Source: the human T2T-CHM13v2.0 reference genome, Homo sapiens. From it: a stretch of DNA of 64,000 nucleotides. Location of the stretch: the NCBI RefSeq assembly GCF_009914755.1, contig NC_060937.1; one strand, given 5' to 3'. A program made the position numbers and the translations under genes. Below the pieces are notes generated by a model. That model did no database searches and was not told the DNA's origin. It saw only the letters and a program-made list of their open reading frames with translations. This document shows, piece by piece, positions 13,993-29,419 of this stretch (within the stretch, counting starts at the first letter, position 1; each line of letters opens with the position of its first letter).

Positions 13993-14875
13993 CAAATTCA
14001 ACAAAAACAAAGATAAATAAATGGGACTTAATTAAACTAAAAAAGTTCTGCACAGCAAAAGATACAATCAGCAGAATAAACAGACAACGCACAGAGCGGA
14101 AGAAAATATTCCCAATCCATACCTCCAACAAATGACTAATATCCAGAATCTACAAGGAACTCAAACAAATTAGCAAGAAAGAAACAAACAATCCCATTAA
14201 AAATTGGGCTAAGGACATGAATAGACAATTCTCAAAAGAACATATACAAATGAGGAACAAACATATGAAAAAATTCTCAACATCACTAATGATCAGGGAA
14301 ATGCAAATCAAAACCACAATGGATTTAACCACCTTACTCTTGCAAGAATGGTCATAATCCAAAGATTTAAAAAAAACAGATTTTGGCATGGATGTGGTGA
14401 AAAGGGAACACCTTTACACTGCTGGTGGGAATGTAAACTAGTACAACTTCTATGGAAAACAGTGTGGAGATTCCTTAAAGAACTAACAGTAGGATTACCA
14501 TTTGATCCAGCAATCCCACTGCTGGGCCTCTACCCAGAGGAAAGAAGTCATTGTACAAAAAAGATACTTGCACATGCCTGTTTATAGCAGCACAATTTGC
14601 AATTGCAAAAATATGGAACCAGCCCAAATGCCTATCAATTAGTGATTGGATAAAGAGATTGTGAGATATATATATGTATATATATATACACACACCATGG
14701 AATACTACTCAGCCATAAAAAGAAATGAAATAATGGCATTTGCAGCAACCTGGTTGGAACTGGTGATCATTATTCTAAGAGAATTAACTCAGGAATGGAA
14801 AACCAAACATAGTATATTCTCTCGTAAGTGGGAGATAAGCTGTGAGGATACAAAGGCATAAGAATGAGACAATAG
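13993..14875 (+). mobile_element. L1PB-type 3' region (ORF2 C-terminus and start of 3'UTR), cut off by the next L1
   Basis: 'tgggacttaattaaactaaaaa...aatatccagaatctacaagg...gaggatacaaaggcataagaatga', with an internal (TA)n typical of L1PB. Confidence 0.88.
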
Positions 14876-17635
14876 GAGGGAGTAGCCAATATGGGAAATA
14901 GAAACAGCTCTGCTCTCGGCTCCCAGTGAGAAGGAAAAAATGGCAAGTGAATTCTGCATCTTCAATTGAGGTACCAATTTTCTCTTATTAGGACTGACTA
15001 GGTGGTTGGCGCAACCCACGGAAAGTGAGGAAAAGCATGGTGGAGTGAAGGTCCACCAGGAGATGTACAGGGCACTGGGAGCTTCCTTTCCTAGCCAAAG
15101 AAGGCAGTGAGGGATTGTGCTACCCCTCCTTGAAAACTATGCTTTTCCCATGGATCCTTGCAATCCACAGATCAGGAGGTCCCCTCATGAGCCCATACCA
15201 CCAGGGCCTTCAGTCACAAGCACAAAGCTGTGCAGACTCATGGTGGCTGCTCGGGCAGGCAGCTGCTGGAGCAGGCACTGGACACAGGAGTATTTGCATA
15301 CTTATGCTCTGGAAACTCCCATGAGGCAGGAGATCCGTCCACTCCCGTGGGAAGGAGGCTGATGCCAGGGAGCCAAGTGGCCTCGCTCCCACGGAACCCC
15401 ACAAGCTAAAACGTAATGGCTTGGAATCTCTGGCGGCCAGCACAGCAGGCTAGAGACTGCCTAAGAAGATGGGTTCCCAGAGAGGGAAGGGCTGCTGCCA
15501 TCACTGTGGCTCCAGTCAGCTGTTTCCCTCTGCTGCTGGTGCCAGCAAGACTGGGCGGTCTGGACTGGGAGCAAACTTCTCACAGGGGAACACAGTGACT
15601 GGGTCAGTTCGTGGCCAGACTGCTTCTTTAAGCAGGACCCTGATCCACTCCTGCTCACTAGAGGGGGCCTCCCCATGGGAATTTCAGCATCCCCAGCCAG
15701 GGATTTATGAAGAGAACTCTGATATCCCTGAGAGGAGCCCATAGGAGGAGGGGCAGCTGTAGTATCACGCATCAGTGGTCTCAGTCTTTTCTGGCTGCTG
15801 GCTCTGGAGAGTAAGGGCAGCCCAGACGAGGGGGATTTTCCCCAGCACAGCACACCTGCCCCACCAAGCTGCAGTCAGACTGCTTATTTAAGTGGGTCCT
15901 TGATCCTGCTCCTCCTGACTGGGTGAGACCTGCAAACAGAAGTCTCCAGACACTTTGTACAGCAGTGTTCAGGCTGGCATCAGGTTGGTGCCCCTCTGAG
16001 ACAGAGCTCCATGAAGAAGGAGCAAGCTGCCATCTTTGCTAGTCTGCCGCCTCCAATGATGGTATCTCCAGGGGCGGGACGGACCCAGGCAGATAGCATC
16101 TGAAGTGGACTCCCACCAAACTGCAGCATCCCTATGGAAAAGGGGCCTGACTGCTAAAAGAAAAACAAACAGAAAGCAACAACGACAACATCAATGAAAA
16201 AGACCCCATAAAAACCCCATCCAACAGTCAGCAGCTTCAAAAATCAAAGGCAGATAAATCCATGAAGATGAGAAAGAATCTACACACAAAAATGCTGAAA
16301 ACTCAAAAAGCCAGAGTGCTTCTTCTTCTCCAAATGATAGCAACATGTCTCCAGCAAGTGCACAGAACTGGGCGGAGGCTGAAATGGACGAATTGAGAGA
16401 AGCAGGCTTCAGAAGATGGGTAACAACAAACTTCACTGAGCTAAAGGGTTATGTCCTAACTCATTGCAAAGAAACTAAGAACCATGATAAAACACTACAG
16501 GAGCTGTTAACCAGAATAACCAATTTAGAGAGGAACATAAATTACCTGATAGAGCTGAAAGTCAGTCACAACAGAACTTTACAATGCAAACACAAGTATC
16601 AGTAGCTGGATAAGCCAAGCAGAAGAAAGAATATCATAACTTGAAGACTATCTTGTTGAAACAAGGCAGGCAGATAAGATTAGAGAAAAAAATAACAAAA
16701 AGGAATCAACAAAACCTCTGAGAACTATGAGACTGTGCTTAAAGACCAAACCTACATCTGATAGGGGTACCTGAAAGAGATGGGGAGAACAGAACCAAGT
16801 TGGAAAACGCACTTCAGGATATCATCCAGGAGAACTTTTCCAACTTACCAAGACAGGCCAAAATCCAAATTCAGGAAATCCAGAGAACCCCAGTAAGATA
16901 TTCCACAAGAAGACCAACCCCTAGACACATAATCATCAGATTCGCCAAAGTCGAAATGAAGAAAACAATGCAAAGGGCAGCCAGAGAGAAAGGCCAGGTC
17001 ACCTGTAAAGGGAAGCCCATCAGACTAATAGCAGACCTCTCAGCAGAAACCCTATAAACCAGAAGAGACTGGGGGTCAGTATTCAACAGTTTTAAAGACA
17101 ATAATTTCCAACCTAGAATTTCATAGCTAGCTTAACTAAGCTTCATAAGTGAAGGAGAAATAAAATATTTTTCAGACAAGCAAATGCTGAGGGAATTTGT
17201 CACCACTAAGCCTGCTTTGCAAGAGCTCCTGAAGGAAGCACTAAATATGAAAAGGACGAATTGTTACCAGCCGCAACGAAAACACACTTAACTATACAGA
17301 CCAGTGACACTATGAAGCTACTACATAGACAAGTCTGCAAAATAACCAGACAGCATTATGATGTCAGGATCAAATTCACACATAACCATATTAACCTTGA
17401 ATGTAAATGGGCTAAATGCCCCAATTAAAAGACACAGAATGGCAAGCTGGATAGAGTCAAGATTCATTGGTGTGCTGTATTCAACAGACCTATCTCACAT
17501 GCAAAGACATACACAGACAAAATAAAAGGATGGAGGAAAATTTATTGAGCAAATGGAAAACAGAAAAAAGCAGGGGTTGCAATCCTAGTTTCTGACAAAA
17601 TAGACTTTAAATCAACAAAGATCATAAAAGACAAG
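14876..17635 (+). mobile_element. 5' part of an older L1PA (L1PA8-11/L1P3-like): 5'UTR, disrupted ORF1 (~16268-17295) and first ~280 bp of ORF2; 3' end missing
   Basis: 5'UTR 'gagggagtagccaatatggg...gaggtacc'. ORF1 peptides ENALQDIIQENFSNL and RHIIIRFAKVEMK. ORF2 start 'atgatgtcaggatcaaattcacacataacc' at 17358, ending at 'aagatcataaaagacaag'. Confidence 0.92.
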
Positions 17636-17786
17636 TCCTTGAAGAGGATTGACATATTGTTTGCATTTGTAAAAGGATTTCTCTGGAAGCCTTCATAAAT
17701 AAGACTGAAGAGAAAATAATTTAAAAGATCAGACTAGAAGCTGTTGCAGTTTTCTAGACAAGAGGTGATACTAGCTTTGTTTAGAT

Positions 17787-18017
17787 CTGTGGTTCTCATG
17801 GGGAAGACAGGGGCTGTATTTTGCCACTTCCCAGGGGATAGTAGACAATATCTGGAGATATTTTTGCGTGTCACAATGAGGTGGTGGGTGAGGGGCATCT
17901 AGTGGGTAGAAACCCAGGACACTTCTAAACACTCTGAAATGCACAGGACAGAAGACTTCTTTCAACAAAGACTCATCTAGCCTCAAATATCAATAGTGTT
18001 GAGGTTGAGAATTCTTG
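17787..18017. mobile_element. MER20 hAT-Charlie DNA transposon, inside an L2 relic
   Basis: 'ctgtggttctca...ggcatctagtgggtaga...aatagtgttgaggttgagaattcttg'. Degenerate 8-bp TSD gtttagat/atttagag. Confidence 0.85.
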
Positions 18018-18379
18018 ATTTAGAGGGATAGGAATGAAGATGCTTGGAAAGTAAACTAGTGTAATTATGTAAAGAAAGATATATTGAACACCAAACTTTT
18101 AGTAGTTTTTTGAAGGCTACTCAACTATTTATTCAAAAGTGATATAAATATTCCCATGAAATGTATTTGATACTTCTTTAATCATCAATTAATGTGAAGC
18201 AATTTTGGGTTCCGTTGTCTATAGAGAGAGCACCAGTCTTTATTTGTCAATTTAAAAATATCAACAGCTTAAAATGTTTTAAAACAATTTTTACCAGCTT
18301 ATTAAAACTTATTTTTCAAATAATATTTACCCAATAACTTTTTTTCTAAGATTAAAAAATAAGAAAAAAATTTACTTAC

Positions 18380-18542
18380 TTGCCATTCAATGCTGCTACA
18401 CCAACTGTGCTCCGAGCAATTGACATACTGGCTACAAATGTCCATTGTTGACTCTGTGGATCCCACCTTTCCACTGTATTCAGATAGCTCCAGCCATCAT
18501 GGCCTCCCACAGCATAAATAGGGCCTTCAAGTACTGTTACAC
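18380..18542 (-). CDS. KLHL1: Internal coding exon (163 nt) of Kelch-like protein 1, kelch-repeat region; probably exon 8 (numbering from memory)
   Basis: The minus strand reads ...tattttAG|GT GTA ACA GTA CTT GAA...AAT GGC AA|GTAAGT, with a canonical acceptor and a consensus donor. Translation is (G)[53 protein letters not shown](K), with kelch hallmarks YAVGG, VERWDP and W. It matches my recollection of KLHL1 rather than KLHL4 or KLHL5. Too short for the ORF track. Confidence 0.93.
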
Positions 18543-18564
18543 CTAAAATATTAGATAAATGAAT

Positions 18565-18662
18565 GTAGTGCCTATAGTTAATATCATATTGTACATTTAA
18601 AAATCTGTTAAGTGGGTAGATCTCATGTTAAGTGTCCCTAACATAATAAAATGAAAAAAAAT
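18565..18662 (+). mobile_element. Short L1MA/MB 3'-UTR-like fragment with A-rich end, next to the exon acceptor
   Basis: 'tagtgcctatagttaatatcatattgtacatttaaaaatctgttaagtgggtagatctcatgttaagtgt...aaaaaaa' resembles L1MB 3' ends. Confidence 0.65.
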
Positions 18663-19384
18663 TAAAAATTGAATAGATTTATTTCACAGTGAGATTTTAA
18701 AAATCAAAGCAACAGTACAAAACTATGAATTCATTCAGCATAGACTTCAGTTGTTAAGAAAACTATTACAATCTCATAGAAACTACCTACCATTAATTGA
18801 ATCATTCCATTAAAGTGAAAACAAAATTGGGAGCCAAAAATAGTATTATGACCTAGATGCTTTATAAAATAATACTAATTCCCATATTTATGACCATATG
18901 AAGAAACAGATACTAAGAATCAAAGGTAAGACGTCTTGGGCCTCTACTTTTAAAGAGCATTTCTACACTGCTATTTAAAATACTTTGTTACTTACAACAA
19001 TGTTACCTTAAAGCAATGTAATATTACCAATCTGAATTTCAGAATAGTATTTTCTGTGCTTTGGTTTCCCAAAAAGGTTAAAATAAACTTATGTAAAGCT
19101 TAGAAAATATGACATCTTTCATATTATTAGCTAAAATTACTAAACACAAGCAATTAAATACAATTAATAGAGAGCCATCCATGGGAAGATATATATAACT
19201 AGTACTCATTGCTTTTCTAGTAAACTCACATCTTCATAAATAAATTTTCTTAAATGCTCAACAGTTGCTAAATATTTAAATATAATGTAAATATTGATTG
19301 ATGTGCTCTTTAGCTGTACAGAAATTCTGATGAATATTTCCTAAAAGGGTACAATTTGAAGCCTGATTATAAAGAAGTCTGAAG

Positions 19385-20416
19385 CATCTGTGAGTTTTAC
19401 CCTATTACCAAGCTGACAAATTAGACTGCCACAAATTTATGCATATTGATTAAGACATGACTCCTAGATCAAAGAAGAAATACAGTTTATTACTCATAGC
19501 AACAGCAATAATCAGAGTACCATCAATTTTTGTTTCTGTTGCTGGTTCCCCACGCCCCAATTCCCATAGGGTGATCCAAAGAAGGTAATCAAAGTGACCT
19601 TACTGTTTCCCTTCTCTTGATCAAACTTCAGACAGTTTTGTCCTGTGTCTAGAGCCCTGACTTCATTTTCCTTAGAGCATTTACTTTAGAAAACTTATAA
19701 CTGTAAATTATTTCTCTGCTTCTTTGAGATGTAAATCTTCGATAAAACCTCTTGCCAGTTTCACAACCCAGGACTATCTTTCTCAAGGACTCGGGAGCTG
19801 CAGTTCCTTTGAAATTTAGTCATTAAGATATTCTATCTCCCAGACTCCTGAAAGTATAGGAGCCTAATTTCAGTTGGTACCTTGCTGCAAGCTATAAAAC
19901 TACTTTTTGAAATAAAGACAGAAGAAAGTTAACCATTCTTTTGAGTAAGGCCAATTAGCAAACACAGATCGCTTATGATCCACCTACCCAATCTAGTTCC
20001 CCAAAACTCTACCACCTTTGTTTTAGAAGAGTTGAGTTCAGTCACAGTTTTATCTTCTCTTCCTGATTGCAAGCCTTCAATAAAGTATTTCTTGCCTGTT
20101 TACAATTGCCTCATAAAATTTTGCTTTGAGAAGGGTTAATTGAAACCTGTACATGCAGTAGATTGTATTATAGAAAAGAACTATAATTTATAATGGACAA
20201 TAAAAATGCATACCCATTGCTCGGGAAGGAGATATTATCTTTATGCTTTTAAGCATGACTGCATTTTATTTTGGAGACAAGAACTATCTCTCTGTTCTTA
20301 GTCTTTCTGTTAAAATAACCTCCTTTTAAATATATTCCGGAAAAAAGGACACTCAGTAACTTGACTTTAAAGATGTGCAGAAATATGAGAGACCCATGAA
20401 GAATTGTCTCCCAAAA
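19385..20416 (-). mobile_element. ERVL-class LTR (MER70/MER76-like), interrupted at about 19590-20130 by a plus-strand MER31/MER34-like ERV1 LTR
   Basis: The outer element ends 'gagagacccatgaagaattgtctcccaa'. The inner element has 'cttagagcatttactttagaaaact...gagatgtaaatctt...aataaagt'. Confidence 0.55.
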
Positions 20417-20439
20417 CTGATGTGAAAATAAAATGACAA

Positions 20440-22330
<1,891 letters not shown>

Positions 22331-22529
22331 ATTTGAAAATAGGTTCTGCACATGGTTTAATCCATTCTGGTTACTACTTAGTGATATATCCTGTAAACAT
22401 CATCCATATGTGTCTTGTTTTTCTTAATTGCTGAGAGGTTACATGACTTTGTATAAATGTTTCAAAGTATAATATATATATATTACATTAATATACAATA
22501 TATAAATACATATTAAATTACATTGTATA

Positions 22530-24330
22530 TGTAATGTAAAACATGTAAGTGTTCAGTTTGATGGTATTTTATCACAAGAATATCCCTGTATACCTATATC
22601 ACTTCCACTCCAAAACCTCTCATGCAACTTCCCGAAAGGTACACCCCCCCCAAAAGCTAACCGTATTTTTTTCAGTTAATTCCTCAAAGAATAAGTTTTT
22701 CCTGATTTGAACTTATAAATTAAGTAATATAATTTAAAAAATTATTTAAAGTTGTTATCTGTGACATTTTTAGTCAGAAATTAGGTGAGATGGTAACATT
22801 TTTAAATTGCAAATATTATTACAGTGTATGATTATGCCACTTTTATAGCTCCATTCTATTGTTGATGAAAATTTGCATGGTTTCCAGTTCTAATATTTTA
22901 AGAATAAAGCTGCAATGTACACTTTCTTGATGTACATATGAGTTCATTTTACCCAGATGTAAAATTTCTGGGTCATAGAATATACTTACATTGAAATTGA
23001 GTAAATGCATCTAAAAAGCTTTCCAGGTTTTTTTTTTAACCAATTTTTATTTCCCCCAGTAAAGGAGAGGAACCCCGTTGTCTGATAATCTCTCCACAAC
23101 TTGTCACTGTGAAACATTTTAATTTTAGTCATCCTGATGAGTGAGTAATGGTATCCCATCATTCTGTTAGTTTTCACCATGCTGATGACTGGTAAAACTA
23201 AGCATTTGTTCATGTGTTTTTTGGCCACTTGAATCTCCCTTTTTGTGAAGGCCTGTTAAAAACCTCTTCATTTTTAATTGGATGTCTCTTATTATTAATT
23301 ATATCATTTTATCAATTTGTAGTAGTTCTTGTAATCAATTTTAAATATGGATATAAATTGTCAATTTTAAAAAGTATACTTATTAATTCTTTGTTAATAT
23401 TTGCATTACAGATCTTTTTCCACTGTGAGGCTTGCATTTTCACTTTCTTAATCTTGTCTTTTGATGAAAAGGAGTTAAGTTTACTTGATTTAGGAAAAAG
23501 ATGTTACTGCAGTAGCAGAAAAAATATTTTTTTAAAGCAATAATGTTGGTGGAATTGATATCCACAAATATAAAAATGGACCATGACCAATACACAAAAG
23601 TCAATCTAGATGGATCATAGGATTAAATATAAAAATTAAAACAATAAACTTTTCAGAATATAATGGACAAGCATAACTAAAATAGATAAGCATAACAATG
23701 ACTATTGAGGAAGACAAATATTTCCTGAACAGAACATGAAAAATACTTGTTCTAAATTTTAAAAAATTGTAAACATAAAAATTAATATCCTTTTGGTATT
23801 TCATATGAATTTTTAATTTTTTTGCAATTTTCTGAATTTTCCCCCAATATCCTAATGAAATATCAATTGAGATGGTATTGAATACACAAAATTTTTTAGA
23901 TAATTAATATCTTTACAACATTGTCTCTTCTAATCCAGAACACAGTACATAGCTTCATTTTATTAAGATTTTAACTTCCGGAGTAATGTTTGTTTGAAAT
24001 TTTTATTAGAACTTTTTTATATATATTACTGAAATGATCACTTTGCATTTGATTTCCCTATGCTATTGCAATTGGCATTTTTAAATTTTCTATTTGTTTC
24101 ATCAATAAATAAAAAGAAAATAGTTCTTATGTATTGACTATATCCAGTAGCCTTGTGAAATATTTATAAATAATTGTCATAATAATCCACATTTTTTGTA
24201 TTTTCTATGTATACAATTATGTCATCCCAAAATAATACCAGTTGTATTTCTTTCAATATAATTACTATACATTTTAGTTCTCTATTTTGGCTTACTTCAA
24301 TGACATTATATGGATACATATTTGGCATTT
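22530..24330 (-). mobile_element. L1ME/MC-type 3' region on the minus strand with an internal inverted segment (about 23480-23787)
   Basis: Reverse L1 text 'ttttagtcatcctgatgagtgagtaatggtatc' and 'tatctttacaacattg', with forward L1 text between them. Confidence 0.7.
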
Positions 24331-26139
24331 AAAATTCTTCTTGCTGAATTGATTGTTAAATATTTCCTTTTATTTAGTAATGCTTACTGCTCTAAAGTCT
24401 AATTAATTTAATTAGCTACACTAAGAATTATATAAACTCTGATTTATCTAATTAATCAGCTACACTAAGGTTCTTTCGGTTACAATGTGCTAATCTTTGA
24501 CTTTGGTTATTTAATCTATTTATACTCAATGTAATAACTGATTTTATTTGATACAATTTTAATATTTTCTTACTTGTTTAATCAGTTTTTTTTCTCATTT
24601 TCTTTCTCCAGTATTTTTGTTGTTGTTATTGTTCTATGGGTAAAATATTTCATTTTTTTCCTTTTCCCCGTGTGTCACCTTATTGTTGAGAGAACGCAAA
24701 TGATTGAGTTTGTCAAACAGGTAGTCAGATTATCACATAAGGCTCACACAAATGAGAGACCACAGTCACAATCAAGATTTACTAATAATAGCAAGGAAAA
24801 AAGGTATTCTGAAGCATATGAAAAACTGATAGATGTCTAGAACTTTTCTGTCTAGGGAATTCCTTCCTTTCTTTCCAGGGTCTTGATGCATTTGTGTAAG
24901 CCTCCATAAAAAGGTTAAACTCTAATTACTGCCTCTGTCATTCAGAGACTGTAGCCAGCCCTAGCTGCCAGATTTCACTTTGATTTTTTGACTGAAGAAA
25001 GAAGAAACAAATAAATTTCTCCAGAAATGCATGGAGAAAGTCGAAACAAATGTTGAGTTAATCTTTGTACTCTTTCCATCTCTTTCACATCTTGTTCTCA
25101 AGTCCAGGCTTCCTTAGTTTCTCTCTGATGACTTTAAGAATTTGATTTGTTTTATTTAGTTTTTACAGTTATACATATTAGGAAGCTTACTCAGATAGCA
25201 GATACTCCATCAGGGCCAGAAGTTAAATTTGTGAGTTAGCTTTTAACTTTATTTTTAATGTAAACATTAGATAATGTAATATAATCTATTGTATTGATTG
25301 TCATTGTTTTGGTTTTTGTTTATATGTCAGTAAGAGTTTCCTCCAGTGCTACCATTGATATAGTCAAGTTTCTATTTCTCTCTATATTGTAATTTATTTA
25401 CTTTAAACTGGGGACAACTAGAATAATTATCTCATGGTATTATGATGAAGATGATAAGAATTAATATGTAAAACACTTAGAACAGAATCGGATTCATTGC
25501 AGTCACTCAGTTTTTGCAAACCATTGTAATTGATATTGTTGTCTTCATACTCAAGCCTCAGGGACAATATAAAAAGGAAATTCATGAAAGAGAATATATA
25601 TAAAGGTCCTATAAGCATATAAAAATGTTCAATAGAATTAGTAAGTAGAACAACCAGGATATTAAAATAAAACATCTTTAGGAGAAAGTTTTAGCCATCA
25701 AAAAACTTTAAAGCATGACAATATCAAATGTTGCTAAGAACATTAGGAATTGAGAAGTCTTATATATTGCTGATGAATTGAAACTTAGGAACACAATTAT
25801 GAAGATAAATTTAACTATTCTTAGTGAAAATATTGTAATCTAGCTTTCATAGAAATATGAAATATTTTATAATTAAAAATATATTACTATACACAGCAAA
25901 ATATACTAATTAAATACAAGGACTAGCAAATATTTAATATAATAAGCCAAGGAACATTTACATTATCCATTAATCTTTCAACACAGGTATCTATCCTTTG
26001 CTCTAAATACTAGAAAGTTTACCATCTCTCTACTGGAGATACAATAGAGCCTATATTCTAGAGGAGAATACAGACAATAAACATATAAATATTGAAAGAT
26101 TTATATATTACTATCTTTTAATTAACCAAAGTATTGCCA

Positions 26140-26750
26140 GTGAGACTATCAGAGGTGGCGACAGAGCAAAATGCAAATGAGTTCTGGTTTAGGAGTCTTC
26201 TTGGGCCCAAATCCCAATCCACTGTTGCCGCTTGTATCAGTCCGTTTTCATGCTGCTGATAAAGACATACCTGAGACTGGGAAGAAAAAGAGGTTTAATT
26301 TGACTTTCAGTTGCACATGGCTGAGGAGGCCTCAGAATCATGGCAGGAGGTGAAAGGCACTTCTTACATGGTGGCAGCAAGAGAAAATTAGGAAAATGCA
26401 AAAGCGGAATCCCCTGATAAAACCATCAGATGTCGTGAGACTTATTCACTACCATGAGAACAACATGGGGGAAACCGCCCCCATGATTCAAATTATCTCC
26501 CCCTGGGTCCCTCCCATAACATGTGAGAATTATGGGAGTATAATTCAAGATGAGATTTGGGTGGGGTCACAGAGCCAGACCATATCACCACCAGTATGAC
26601 ATCAGAGAACGATATTTAAATGTTTTGTGTCCTAGTATCCTCATCTTTAAAGAGTATATAACTCATAGTATTTGTGTGAAGATTAAATAGAAAATGCAGA
26701 TAACAGTGCTCGGCAAATGATAAACTTTTAATAAATTTTAGTTGTTAAAT
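26140..26750 (+). mobile_element. MIR split by a THE1 LTR
   Basis: 'ggagtc...caaatccca' before the LTR and 'tcctcatcttta...gtgaagattaaat...aataaat' after it. Confidence 0.6.
26233..26587 (-). mobile_element. THE1 (THE1A-like) MaLR solo LTR
   Basis: 'tgtatcagtccgttttcatgctgctgataaagacatacc...gagatttgggtggggtcacagagccagaccatatca'. Confidence 0.92.
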
Positions 26751-28819
26751 AAATCAAATGGTCAGGATGGTCTGTCTTAGGGGTGGTCACTAAATCTAAG
26801 AAATTAAGAATTGCAAGCAGAATGATAGAGCAAGTATAAAATATGTCATTACTCTCAAAACTTAAATTCCTCTCTCAAACATCTCTAACTATAATTAAAT
26901 TAAATTGTTTAGCAAGTAACATGTTCCCAGGATTGTTGTTTATTTTAAATATCTATGTTTTGAAAGTATCCATGTTTTCCTGGAAAATATTCACACTTTA
27001 TGCTTCCACATTATAAAGGAATATATTTTTGTAGATTGCCACAATATTTCCAAACTCTAGCTGCCTTATTATGTGATTCTCATATTTCTTGCAGCTGTGA
27101 TGATTTCCTTGCAGAATGGGCTCATTAGGTAGGGTGAATAATTGGACTAGAATAATTTCAAAATCAAAATGATACATTCAACTACTTCCTAATGGTTACT
27201 AAAAATATCTTTATAGATGCAGCAAGGTTATGAGTTTAAAAATATTTTTCTGTGTTATGTTCAGTATCAATATTAAAACTGCATTCTAAAAATAATTATC
27301 TAATAGAAAGAAAAGAAACATCTAAAGTCATTTTTCATACAACTCAAGCTTAATAATTACATGATGACTTCTGATAATTTTTAAAATGTCTTTTAGATGT
27401 TTTATGTTGCCAAAATGTACTTTTTCCAGTACATATAATTATTTATAATTTTTGGACTGTAGCTTTTTGCATATACTCCCCTTGAGAATTCTGCAGCAAA
27501 ATATTTACCAGAATTTTTCTATAGAAGTTTTTAAGATAGTTTATTGAAAGAAACAAACTATCGTTAATTTTCATGTAACATGGCACATGTTAAAATCAAA
27601 TATTCCCATATGGGTTATAGAACACATAACTATATCCAATGAAGATGTTGGCCTTCGAATATGGAGAAGGAATTGAAGAAGATAATCTGTCTATACAGAT
27701 CATTCCCCATAATGCTGTCACATTTTAGCAAAAGGTTGAGCCTCCATAATTTCTCTGAAGCTAATTGTTATTTCTGTATCAATGCAACCAAATTAATTTG
27801 TTCTGAAAAAGAAATTATTATTTTTCTTTACACTTGTTAATATTATCCATTCAGAATATTGCTAAATATATTCTAAGCTCTAAACAGTTTCAATAAAAAA
27901 GGGTTTTAATTATGCAAAATAATAACAATGAAAAGCTAATTTTTAGTATTGCTTTACTGTTTGCCTGTTAGCCATTAATTGTATCTTAATTTGAAAAGCA
28001 TTAGCCTGTAAAATGTATTTCCTTTTGTCTAGGTAGAATATATTTATTTTAAATTAATAATAATGTATTTAAATTTATTTTGATTTAATCATTGTATTAA
28101 ATTACTAAATTATTATTCATCATATTAGTCACAAAATATATCTAAGTCACCAGTGGCTTCATAATATATATATGACCTTCCAGGTATAACTTATTTAAAA
28201 TCTTCCTTTCAAAATAATTTGTAAAAATCGTCATCGTGTATAAAGTATCACCCAGTAAATATGTAAAATCAGTGATTAGGGTGACTGAATTCCAATGCTC
28301 TCAGATAGTTTTACTTCAGAAACAAGAAATAATTTAAGTAATAGTTCATAGAATTGAACACTTCAGTGTTTTTCTGTGCAATGAATTAAACAAAATAACT
28401 TGCATATTAAGGAAAGAAATGGATAAGTAAAATTATACATATTTTATATAAATTATAAAAATTTTCCAGTGAGATATTAAATATACATGTATGTGTGTAT
28501 ATATATGCATGTGTATATATATGCATAGTTTTCACAAAAATCACCCCCAAAATATATAAGCATATAATATACAATATATACAAGCACTCTATATAAATTT
28601 CTATATCTGTGTAAGTACTATGGAAATATTAACAGATTGACTCATATACTATTTTAAAATGCTGATCATGGGCCTAACACAATGTAGTGTTTTGTATAAA
28701 CAGTTTTCACATAATTCTACTAAATTATGTAGCATTAAGATTTTTTTGCTTGAGCCATAGAAAAAAATGTAATTTATAGCATTTAGATATAATTTATTTC
28801 ATTCTTTCTTTGGCTGACA

Positions 28820-28991
28820 ATAGTGATTATCCATCGTGGTTGCACATTGAAATCACCTGGGAACCTTTGAAAAAATACATCTGGAATATGGTGATTCTAA
28901 TTTAATTGAACTGGGATGAGGTCCAGACACAGAGATGTTTAAAAGTTCCCTGAGATGATTTTTATGTACATTCACAATTGACAATAACTGC
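28820..28991. mobile_element. MER5-type hAT DNA transposon
   Basis: 'tgcacattgaaatcacctggg...aaagttccctgagatgattt...aataactg'. Confidence 0.75.
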
Positions 28992-29089
28992 CACAGTGAA
29001 ACATGACAATAGTACTAGTATCATTGCAGAATGTCCCCAACCAATAATGTGCCTACTCTACAAGCCTCTAATATCTTTCATTCATGTCA

Positions 29090-29092
29090 TGT

Positions 29093-29133
<41 letters not shown>
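29090..29133. repeat. (TG)n microsatellite
   Basis: About 21 TG units with one interruption. Confidence 0.95.
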
Positions 29134-29136
<3 letters not shown>

Positions 29137-29419
29137 CTGTGTTGGGAGCATGTGGGCATGTGTTATGTGTAGGTGTATGAAATCAAGGCTGTCAGGTAAA
29201 GTTTAGCAGTTTGCTAACTTTCAATTTTATTGTTATGCAACTTGCATTTCATGGATTCATTCTTCATCAATCCATATTTCCAATACTTATGATATGCCTT
29301 CTATAAGTTCATACCCTCACAGAACGCGTACAGGTGGATATGAAGGGAAAAGACAGGACTTGCTGAAGGACACAAATAGGTGCTACCTTACTACCTGTCC
29401 ATGTGACAAAAAAAATGGT

